Shown: positions 31,801 to 37,366 of the stretch, piece after piece
Position numbering within the stretch: the first letter of the stretch is position 1
Layout: each line of letters starts with the position of its first letter
IMG/VR virus record: IMGVR_UViG_3300033069_000690
Span: 26,493 to 90,492 of that record
DNA length: 64,000 nt
Origin: a virus
Taxonomy: Duplodnaviria > Caudoviricetes
Reading direction: 5' to 3' (one strand)
The notes under the pieces: generated by a model
The model's input: only the letters and a program-made list of their open reading frames with translations
What the model was told of the DNA's origin: nothing
Databases searched by the model: none
Translations under genes and position numbers: made by a program

Positions 31801-34494
31801 AGCTAAATAGTCATCATCATTAATAGCTTGGTTTGTTTCCTTAGCTACTTCGTTTAAATAGTGGTCATGTACGAACTCAGCCTCTACCTCATTACGAGTT
31901 CTTGATTGAGCTACATGTGGAGCAGTAATTTTATCTGTATTATCTCTCACATCACTATCTACTTTATCTAAGCGAGTGATATTATTTTTAATCTCTTGGA
32001 GCTTATCAGCATATTCAGTCTCATTCTCTCCACGAGCTTGTTTCATTAACTGATCTAACTCATCAACTGTATTAGCTTCTGAGGATTCTCCTATACTATC
32101 TTGAATGTCCTTAACCTTATTAAGTTCTCCTCTACGGCGATCCTCAATACGGTTATGGATTTCAGTAACATCATCTTCTTCTAACTTAGCATCAGCCGTA
32201 CGAACATAAGCCACAACATCTAAGATGTCATGACCTAATGCTAACATACGTTTAGCCATGTTTGTTTTCTCACGTTGTCTAAGTAAAGAAGTAGAGTAGA
32301 TATCTGCAAGGTGATCTGCTCCAGCTGTCTCTCCTATACCGCGAGTCATCTCTCCGATTCCTTGCTTATAAGCTAGTACATTCTTCTGAGCTTCTGTACC
32401 TTCCTTCCATATCTTTTCGTTAGCCTTACGTTCTCTAGTGAACTCCCCACTAGCAATTTTCTTATTCTCTTCTAGTAACCTAGATATCTGTCTTTGTTTG
32501 AGTGCAGTAAATATCTCGAAGTCATCGTAGATCTCGTTTAAAGATTGCTTAGTCTTTTCAGGATCTAATAATTCTTTAAACAATTTAGTACGTCTACGTT
32601 CCTTTCTTTCCTTTTCTCTAACACTATCGTTGAGAGGATCTTCAGCATTCTTAATAGAAGTAGGTGATGATGTTCTTCCTAACTCATCTGCTTCAGATGC
32701 CATGTTAGCAGCTGTAGCTTCGAATAGTTGTGACTCTAACTCATTCACCATTAAACTATTTCTGATAGCTTGTTTCCTATCATTCCTTGATATACCACGG
32801 AAGTCAAATAACTCTAACACACCACCTAGGTAGTTAGCATCATCTATCTTCTCATACTCTTTCTTAGCGGCTTTAAACCTAGCAATCTCCTGTGCAGCTG
32901 TTTGAGGTGTGAACCCATTAGTTCCCATCTCTCCCATCTTCCTTACATGATCTACGAAGTAATCTTCCTTACCCTTATTTAGGATGTCCTCATACACACC
33001 ATACTTGTATTGCATGTAATCAAACTCATTACCTAAACTAGATGCAGAACCTAATAGGTTACCTGCTTTATGGTATCCATAGAAGTCACTTACTATTGAG
33101 ATAGGATGCATGAATGATAAAGCCCCAGTAGCAATAGCACCAGCATTAACTGATGATCTAAACTCTGAATCTGCATATAGGTTTCTATCTCCTTTATAGA
33201 ACATAGCTTTCTCTACTTCCCAACGATCTTCACCTACTTGTCTAGACACATCAAGACCAGGTAAATTAGTTTCTTTAGACCAGTCTATACCTTTTACATT
33301 ATCTTTAAATCTAGGTTTGTTTCCTAATACACCATCTAAGTATTGTTGAGTAAATAAGAACTGACTACCTTCTTCATTCATCTCTGAATTGAGAGTTAAC
33401 CCCATAGTACCAGCCTTCATAGCTGTACGTGCCCAACGGTTACCCATGCCAATAGTCTCAGCTAATTTAGTATAAGGGGTTACTGCTAATCCTACCTCTA
33501 ACATATCTCCATACATTAGGGCCATGTTCTTAGCACGTAATCTATCCATACCCTCATCAGCTTTTAAACGCATTTGACGTAAAGCTTTCTGATGCTCAGG
33601 CTTTTGTAGATCCTCTTGTGTAAGCTGGTTCTGTTCCATGTACTTACCTATCTGAGTTTGGTATGCCTCATTCCAAGCATCTCCCATCTCAGACTTTGTT
33701 TCAAGATCTCTAGACTTCCATGTAGCAGCTAACTCTCCAAGAGTAAATCCTATTGTAGTAGCAGCTTGGTATTGCTTAGGAATAGGTAAAGCAGAACTTG
33801 CAGCCATACGTTCTAAAGCTTTTTTAGCAACCCATGGAGCTATGATCTGTGTCATTTGTATACCAAGCATACTAGCACTACTACCTACATCTGTACCAGC
33901 TTCATACTTTAAGTAATCAGCAATATTAGTATTAGGTTCCTGTGCATAGATTTGTTGCATGATCTTATCTGGTAAGTCGAGATTACGTTTAGCCATCTCT
34001 TCTACACCTCCACCAATCATTCCTGTTAAACCGCTACCATGTTTTATTTCCTCCTCTAATCTATTCTTCTCAGCTAGAGAGTCAGCAATATACTTTTCTT
34101 TCTTAGCTAATGTTAACTCTAACTTCTTACTAAGCATATCAGTAAGATATTGATTGTTTGAGTCTTGAGCAACTTGCAATTGCGAACGAACGTCATCTGC
34201 ATAGTTATCAAACTCATCTACCTTCTTATCTATCTGACGTATCTGATGTTGGGTAGAGCTTACACCTGCTTGAGCCATAGCATTAAGGAAACTGTTTACA
34301 GTAATACCATTACCGTAACTGGTTTGCATTAAGTTAGGACTTAAGGAAAGCTTAGGGTCATTGTGTAATAGTACAGGAGTATCTGTAACTCCCTTTAAGA
34401 AATTCTGCTCTGATGCAAAACTACTTGATGGGGCTATTCCCTGTAAGGCTTGGAATCTTTCTGTGAATGATGTAGGATTATTTCCTTCTGGCAT
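19888..34494 (-). CDS. Giant virion-packaged RNA polymerase fusion (two-barrel RNAP, SF1 helicase, zincin)
   Basis: VRIPTTG...HGSDFDVD catalytic loop (22813-22827); GFAGSGKT, APT, DEAG, GDPSQ and YVATSRA helicase motifs; RHEAFH. Sits among the giant cargo genes as in crAss-like phages. Confidence 0.82.
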   Translation of the reverse strand: MPEGNNPTSFTERFQALQGIAPSSSFASEQNFLKGVTDTPVLLHNDPKLSLSPNLMQTSYGNGITVNSFLNAMAQAGVSSTQHQIRQIDKKVDEFDNYADDVRSQLQVAQDSNNQYLTDMLSKKLELTLAKKEKYIADSLAEKNRLEEEIKHGSGLTGMIGGGVEEMAKRNLDLPDKIMQQIYAQEPNTNIADYLKYEAGTDVGSSASMLGIQMTQIIAPWVAKKALERMAASSALPIPKQYQAATTIGFTLGELAATWKSRDLETKSEMGDAWNEAYQTQIGKYMEQNQLTQEDLQKPEHQKALRQMRLKADEGMDRLRAKNMALMYGDMLEVGLAVTPYTKLAETIGMGNRWARTAMKAGTMGLTLNSEMNEEGSQFLFTQQYLDGVLGNKPRFKDNVKGIDWSKETNLPGLDVSRQVGEDRWEVEKAMFYKGDRNLYADSEFRSSVNAGAIATGALSFMHPISIVSDFYGYHKAGNLLGSASSLGNEFDYMQYKYGVYEDILNKGKEDYFVDHVRKMGEMGTNGFTPQTAAQEIARFKAAKKEYEKIDDANYLGGVLELFDFRGISRNDRKQAIRNSLMVNELESQLFEATAANMASEADELGRTSSPTSIKNAEDPLNDSVREKERKERRRTKLFKELLDPEKTKQSLNEIYDDFEIFTALKQRQISRLLEENKKIASGEFTRERKANEKIWKEGTEAQKNVLAYKQGIGEMTRGIGETAGADHLADIYSTSLLRQREKTNMAKRMLALGHDILDVVAYVRTADAKLEEDDVTEIHNRIEDRRRGELNKVKDIQDSIGESSEANTVDELDQLMKQARGENETEYADKLQEIKNNITRLDKVDSDVRDNTDKITAPHVAQSRTRNEVEAEFVHDHYLNEVAKETNQAINDDDYLATSNLSYLEKRLKWLENVLNDHKHLQTTSDKSFKNVRETINELKEKLTEAQEAVKKRIADKDLAQQKSYTTSTQAIANQMGISYEPSENINQVLGNNLGMFSDDLVEKIIEELRKLLVQDANGVYYLEHGYALGALESMINNTSDKKALTDKINEELKTTYNSMMLDVVEFLRATSSTQTDGVSNNGIVGYLSNPKRFFSKVLMAIYPEIAFDGKSIISDYRKSTDLSVLIKGLEKIVQTEGRFEGVDEGQQIAFFDHLLNTHQDMVALSALRNRVESKFNTITHLQNEIAAFKSFNLIPTKQQIIALRQLVDWFYSGQQNASLVGFAGSGKTQVAIKLLFKVLNITKDNVIALAPTKSANNTLLNSIGETTGIDEENPIQKFLATDEAELAKKDLIILDEAGLVTADTLTKINEKIAKVNALRSEPIKLLMLGDPSQITRGDTISFTESTSLVNTFMIDPLTVTYRTDDVDIISLQKEFKGKGEIPDAVAMYSMTDRDNHSFGTTGVQTAEQLITLMEKSKNNGRTKLLIVNNDQVAEAMRTQLTKLGITDVKVFNYLEAQSHTVDEAYILLEPIGDLAAAPGSLNNGKVDFTRFNEAMYVATSRATSFVAVASNNIRFTNSSKNLLPNEVRNAPTQEEIDAFVKTLEDQLEALKKAEFGLTPNPSQASAQSQATPTTTTEDETDTEITEDADEEVREENKEEINESIKEESIVEESLPIDIQGSVHNIRYPQSYATKQSKDDAPMLKQGDEVLYVRTRYDLPNGNVAFGVTILKINSDGTITKVGVIGKNEVNSADVHQLPDFLKERLNDPEWDTETFTELEETTVFKGVTTTKVKIAIHPDAILGRARVNTIKNKRLNWGALTNFAEFLKSKRNDLIVKYLMKGNSNTKGESWDLAIYTAKEVRDRGFNPKVVKPGIAYYVQHIQHVSGNTETIHVPLSRRRINKGTDANFLAPLQKFLGDVKELQSILEKITIGGNPIIMGGLDFVEDFDYTTKDGQTFQRTQSEVFTHFLNTGSKVHDDIMAKLSDAKEDTAKVLDLIKAIREAVYESITGNEIGLDETKAPVNVDESNGAYLSKYLITGTKGSRKVVEGNKTIDGKKYTEHPNYPGYFLIEKTDGSQVWRKVFDYNNLHVKIDMPKEGGPANYDIHVKELVDDQGRVYKNFKKSGSLITRGQVTNADINPTDFMIDFISNNMVLNSRASGPAEKTFNRIAQANSSFFNTKTGERQFIRVNKRKPDSGREYFTGISLLAALGAKDIQDWVNTGKRGRLPAYAHKDNKGNITHHTSLPLTTETLEMMIGDQAFTSEGESNVNDGFGLRMPTNMDEIRMPNKDDAERRNTWEAMAEEFETDLESIEPTEIILDQATPSEVPGYTSEEEPAQRASEDTVNDSVINIDDEHIDNNSSNTDDDEDINGYDLAEEVVSVEDLGPAVSRDTIIKAATKIFGEKFASNPENIVFLTREDMIRRFGGSRWGRYERGIIYLQTNDDGTIYSRILRHEAFHRVAKTYLTAQEYSSMLETARDIMGDQFSPDREIEEWLARQYQAFNQDMNFVAKALHKFFIYLRSIISFKYKQMKQLNELFEAIDEGVYNFDKNAQLNGEGAADLVQIKEWFGTRGQEYGDHVDNFNKATEAILKAIRVKIWPPITNKDGSFRGVDVRVREVKATKDGKEVKATTTDLFNVPLTIEEAEDAVRQDFIDQMLQLTREGKEVPAWLSKLLTYNGKLDVFKEVYRSLVISSGNKLTMEEEEMLQDPSLRDEILDTNQLDFSSSLLENVKNLLSTLFVTKEVPVLNSKGEPMISKSGLPITKTEVIHHIPRSVVFMLAKQMLVGTDFSSEYFLKQLAYNADQIGGKNNIQAQAVFNFLSEMYTLAFSSRRYEFISKEGKKEIRGISPLIKMTNNKLLIFNENGDIIHRYSKVSMRDGRKQDTGKFIYQAAKQLKAHPVMIGKESTADMSNEQLYNLLLVTYRKGHAADFIAGLRSGIGSLITRDPFVGITRLENEDGETDENTNPIYRMYHRYIKNRAIGAQESVDDRIKESVIKVVESNYETRKDKADAVLSIIGNKDMRSVNKVQSIFKLLDVKNFSQFFGTENQGEVILASLKNIFQLVKNNDLSTNGKKDELLNDINGYVGAIVDIIATTRNFGGNTSYITGDKQRNYMFVTGSWLTRIHEYLTKVRESRGGAFQMPDFLRKENLGYKFFKHNPYLKIGLGRLIEHDSHKTQLRINGVTHSDDSISTKYKNEQTIGWVTRMFSYGFEAMLNTKNLKEGKYIQFCYTLSNKPKIYGHEIPISSHSATDAHIIAALTQQIERREWMDSLASHPVETNGRKYADGMKIAGDKEQATLRFFDGLPDKEIAEKLKTDQGRKQLLNMVKNRFNHDANEAFFYLDSNKAFSTREHGEDIEHNSPTLMAALIRKLETYELINDGAYKNYEEQFKSQLKKRDIEYPQYKYHQMLHTYIAVQEFYKLNYVNGHFINQFYTGDIGQYKHNADLTKRASGPVSPGQLGVANDVIGMPTEIAIMVADDDSHYFNKWNDFAKGLEGIYGIDYKLTDAQMFYLPKWRNHLEAGYSHFYQLGDVIKPVLYFIDKFGISRFSKNAGIELTPALQEMFPELKELAQEMEKNNIMELHMASAFKVGRPARTLKNGETISQHLESNKDHNGVVIVPTKHYSIQSNPRSTEGEITNFSQLTYFINVNGQNADVAKAIYEIDGLLTNLSFDKFKKRLNYVKNPDGTFTYNEKEVRRLIIESISDVPGSERFAELLGAKENNEYVVPLNFPALVGKVHISFMSSASKKSIKAVHGRGSKLVLQTPKGVGVHRVGGQVLTYKQLSEAQKKMVDKFYTLPHSVQRGLRAKFGAYALNNNFTTWEENKKFIRDYSQLTDAEKEMVDDINDESVYMVPTKLLMKSDVNSYTGRVAEVIAPAWWLNMKGYKDGEIVYPDFLTKLQYAVRIPTTGIHSAIPFKVVASTNSSSNIIIAPEELVALHGSDFDVDSLFAVRTEILFKKEGGIKRLLTLKNPDGTIVVEPGQRLGWPHGFEIDNFEQMNMIQGSTDTELKFNEFDKQLTTYKELMKKYEDLMNSKDIDRDIKKEYTANYKLAYEAYEGTLKNKKAYAMIYMLLHDRNEKDMGQPISFDPIKKDFFDLDLELYHPSKSIKVYGKDGSVTPEFIDLMKQDSPDIEIVQKFKEWGITAENISKVIAIDPEANTFKITNKEIKNNIFKDNSIGVITKLKLIYGRADMNETRNPNNLLDQLKTYNDNFAGVALTGAFANFVKALAYVNYVSQGSHMVDKEGKAVTLKLNEGYNSISKTEKSKGFTGRKVWEVLDTLINGAIDNVKEQALEIINATNQTGPTIALMVGLGVPLNDITLFMRQPVLVRDLVSLRGKQRTKWVTEEAKKFTKKELRSPLTTEDLILALEESTKVGNEYSKLSHKAKLTQVKVFREFNKLQPVVDAMSNAASVANLTKDFEVTFEEGQQMIDKINKSKEYTGFANGSFMSLPQFSSAEDAFITSFDLVNNAVDIYNPKLISKLANLITSYMKKTAYTEDGIETENIDSTIRREFTRYLITSASNSSEIDAIWKQPLEIKNGDKSFYVTGADAWIQHFGKVINDLASNSEYAHNAFLEKLTAVKSKGLYRIKWNAGTNLNDSTVSAQLKHDLSLLPPFFIEQLVKYSALENGHEYGLKSFSQLLDPLDIAEQAKTYNALLKSFIKDGPLFDKIKDHFAISFALNNPSQIAKHQGQQERYLPAIKWLSVKNMTTYGITNPHEADFILDYNDVKYEDKKSKEEKTIKYAKPPVFLRTTNKVNGKESLAVKIKDEGKVAYYRTITRVNKKSRGYDANLSYLTTGYYINDHFNLPHEILGVPPTEAGNPELTYKLDKVSPHQLLKVGDTVFVHDYTDFYNNNLEYYEVTEVKQGGKEEITRYGETYTNLKDVTYTLKKQEKSKVNFSDEENAQIQDIIKNNTGC

Positions 34495-34495
34495 G

Positions 34496-35143
34496 TTAAT
34501 TGTCTAAGTATTTGGCAAATGTTGTAAGGTAATCGAATACTGTACTGTTCTTTGGCAGTACACCTTTATTATGTTTCTTAATGAATTGATTTAAAACATG
34601 TTGTGCTGCTCCATGTGCTGTTGTAACATCTAGGTTAGCATCATGTAGTTTACTCTTAAAGGTACTTAAATATACCTTAGCACCCCCCACTCCTTGGAAG
34701 TGGACTAGTGCTGTTAATAAGTCGTCTTCAATGAAATTATATTGTTGTTTCAGCTTAGCTACAATAGGTTTATAATCTGTATTAAATACATACTCTGCAT
34801 ATTGTTCTTGAGCTTGTGGTGAATTTAAAAACTCATTTTTAGTTTTAACCCCAGTTACTTCTTGGATACGTTTCCAATGCCCACTAGTTTTACCATCTTT
34901 CCTATTTAAATCTCTAATAGGATCTCCATAAAGAAATTGAAATTTACCAGCAGCTGTAGAATTAGGATTAGTAGCTTTGTAAGGATCTGGTACGTTAGAC
35001 TCTACCCTACCAATAGCTTTAGAAAACTTTTTAAACTCTGTACCAGCGTCACTTACCGTTTCCTTCGTATCCCCATTGAGTTGCTGGTTGTTGCTCCCTG
35101 GGGCTGATAGGGGTTTGAGGTAGTAGTACCGTCTAATAATGCT
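34496..35143 (-). CDS. Start-less open frame encoding a lysozyme-like / lytic transglycosylase domain; probable frameshift extension of 35053-37362
   Basis: Read by hand: IGRVES...YKATNPNSTAAGKFQF...EFLNSPQAQE...ALVHFQGVGG. No ATG/GTG/TTG before the GTG at 34690. Confidence 0.72.
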   Translation of the reverse strand, partial: SIIRRYYYLKPLSAPGSNNQQLNGDTKETVSDAGTEFKKFSKAIGRVESNVPDPYKATNPNSTAAGKFQFLYGDPIRDLNRKDGKTSGHWKRIQEVTGVKTKNEFLNSPQAQEQYAEYVFNTDYKPIVAKLKQQYNFIEDDLLTALVHFQGVGGAKVYLSTFKSKLHDANLDVTTAHGAAQHVLNQFIKKHNKGVLPKNSTVFDYLTTFAKYLDN

Positions 35144-37362
35144 TTAAAGGTATCTTTAGAATAAAGACGTCCTCCTGCATAGTTTTCTAATGCTTGTTGG
35201 AATGTTACCAAGTCTTTAGCCGTTTCCTTATTAGGATGTTGTGTGTAAGCATTTACTAAAGTACTAAAGGCTTGTGATGCAGATGTTCTAATATCTTTAT
35301 CTATACTATTAGTATTAAGAATAAAGTTATTTATACCTGTAACAAAGTTTGTAGCTAGTTTAGGGTTATCAACTATTCTAGTAGTAAGCTCATCAAGATT
35401 CTCTTGAGCCCTATTAGCTGCGTAGTTCTGTTCCCATGGTCCTAAGTTCTTTCCTAATAAAGCATCACTTCCTGCCATATCCCTATTGTACCTAGATACT
35501 GTAGCGGGATTATTCATTGGTACTTCTATACTTGTAGGGATAGTAATATATTTTTGTTCATCACCTTTAGTATTTACAACAATAGGTTCTATATCTAATA
35601 TACCAGCAGCTTTCATACGTTCTACAACCCTATTTATCTCATTAGATTCATATGCCCAAGAAGGCCATATAGCTCCTACATCCAATCTCTGATCATAAGC
35701 TCCTATATCTGTATTACCAGCAGCTTCTAAAGCATTCTGAATTGTAGTGTAACCTTCTTCAGTAGCAGGTATCATGATCTTACCTTTAATAAATTTACGA
35801 TCTCCTATGTTATAAGTATTATCCGCCCCAACAAATGGTTGCCATGTTGCTGAAGACATTCCTATTAAATTCTTACCTAATTGAACTGTTTGATTCTTAG
35901 CTAGATCCATTTGAGCTTTATCATAATCTGTTACTAGTTTAGTTAATCCCTCAGTAGTAGAAATATCTATCCCAGCTTTTAGTGCTTCTCTTTGCACAGC
36001 TAAGAAACTTGGGTCTTCTTTAAATTGAGACAATTGAGATTTTATATCTGCTAGTATAGAAGCTTCTCCCTTATGTAAATCTGTAGATCTCTTAGCAGCA
36101 TCACCTGCTACAGCGGTAGCAAATTTACCTGGCGTTAATCCTGAAGTAACATTTCCAACAATATCTCCAAACATAACCTCTGGTTTATACCCAGGAGTTT
36201 TTCTTAATTCTCCTAAAGCTTTAAGAGATCTCCCTAAAGAACTATTCGTATTAGCTATTGATTCATAGATAGAAGCAGTTACACCCATTTCTGGTGAACT
36301 ATATTCAGCTATAGTAGCAGGAGAATTAAATGTAGCTTTAGGGTCAATACTAACTCCAGTAAAGGCATGTAACCTATCATCCCATTGGCTCATATCTAAA
36401 CCAACAGAAGATACGATCTCCTTAATGCTAACTGATTTAGACTTTTTAAATACTGCAAAAGGTTCTACTACTTTATCAGAATCAGCTCCTGGTCCTTTAG
36501 GATTACCTGATGGCCCAGCTAATTTGCTACTATCCATTGTTAATTGTTTTGCTCCTCTAAACATAATCATTGCTTTAGCCTGATCCATATTAGAGAGCTC
36601 CTCGAACTTCTTACCACCAAATGTCTGAACAAATCCAGGAGTATCTTTTAAGATGTCATCTGGTCTTATTCCTTTATAGTCTCCTTGCCATTGAGCGAAG
36701 ACAGGTAAAGTCATTAGTCCTAATGCTTGTGTTTTTCCTAAGTTTTGTAACCCAGCAAAATCTCTACCATCTACTGTAATAGTAGAAGTTTTTCCATCAG
36801 CTCCTACTACCTCTCTAGTTTGTAATTGAGTTTTTTCCCAATCATCTATTAAAGGTTTAATAACAGGTTCTAAACTTGTTCGTGACTTATAATTTAATTG
36901 GCTGTAGTCAGTATTCTTCTCAGAGTCCCAGTTGTAAGTATCAGGACCACTAACATACTCATTAGTAGCAGACCATGTAGCATTTCCCTCATTCTTCATC
37001 TTCTCTGTAAGAGCAGTAGTATGTAATGTGTAAGCATCGTTGTATTTATTTAAACGAGGCTGTATCCTATTTACTAATCCGTTAGCCCTAACACTTAATT
37101 GTTCTGCTGTCATAGAAGGATCGCTAACTAGTTTAGATAACTCATTATTAAACTCTTCCCTGATGGCTGGTAAGTGCACACGCTCATCTACTGAGCCGCT
37201 AATAGCTTTAGCTTTAGAGAAGACATCATTAAAGTTCTCTTGTGCTGTACCCACAGCTTTATCCCAACGTTGTTGTTTCATATCCGCAGCTTTCATTACC
37301 AAGTCATATGGTAAGATAGGTGGGTTGTATTGCGGTATATGTTCGTACCTATTGATTCCCAT
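35053..37362 (-). CDS. Virion cargo/ejection protein
   Basis: N-terminal RYEHIPQYNPPILPYDL plus coiled coil. Lies between the muzzle/cargo genes and the RNAP gene. Confidence 0.65.
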   Translation of the reverse strand: MGINRYEHIPQYNPPILPYDLVMKAADMKQQRWDKAVGTAQENFNDVFSKAKAISGSVDERVHLPAIREEFNNELSKLVSDPSMTAEQLSVRANGLVNRIQPRLNKYNDAYTLHTTALTEKMKNEGNATWSATNEYVSGPDTYNWDSEKNTDYSQLNYKSRTSLEPVIKPLIDDWEKTQLQTREVVGADGKTSTITVDGRDFAGLQNLGKTQALGLMTLPVFAQWQGDYKGIRPDDILKDTPGFVQTFGGKKFEELSNMDQAKAMIMFRGAKQLTMDSSKLAGPSGNPKGPGADSDKVVEPFAVFKKSKSVSIKEIVSSVGLDMSQWDDRLHAFTGVSIDPKATFNSPATIAEYSSPEMGVTASIYESIANTNSSLGRSLKALGELRKTPGYKPEVMFGDIVGNVTSGLTPGKFATAVAGDAAKRSTDLHKGEASILADIKSQLSQFKEDPSFLAVQREALKAGIDISTTEGLTKLVTDYDKAQMDLAKNQTVQLGKNLIGMSSATWQPFVGADNTYNIGDRKFIKGKIMIPATEEGYTTIQNALEAAGNTDIGAYDQRLDVGAIWPSWAYESNEINRVVERMKAAGILDIEPIVVNTKGDEQKYITIPTSIEVPMNNPATVSRYNRDMAGSDALLGKNLGPWEQNYAANRAQENLDELTTRIVDNPKLATNFVTGINNFILNTNSIDKDIRTSASQAFSTLVNAYTQHPNKETAKDLVTFQQALENYAGGRLYSKDTFKALLDGTTTSNPYQPQGATTSNSMGIRRKR

Positions 37363-37366
37363 TATT

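Noticed and set aside
34496-34690. 64-aa ORF MGGAKV... as a stand-alone gene
   Set aside because: It starts at an internal GTG in the middle of a lysozyme-like domain, and the frame is open 450 nt further upstream.
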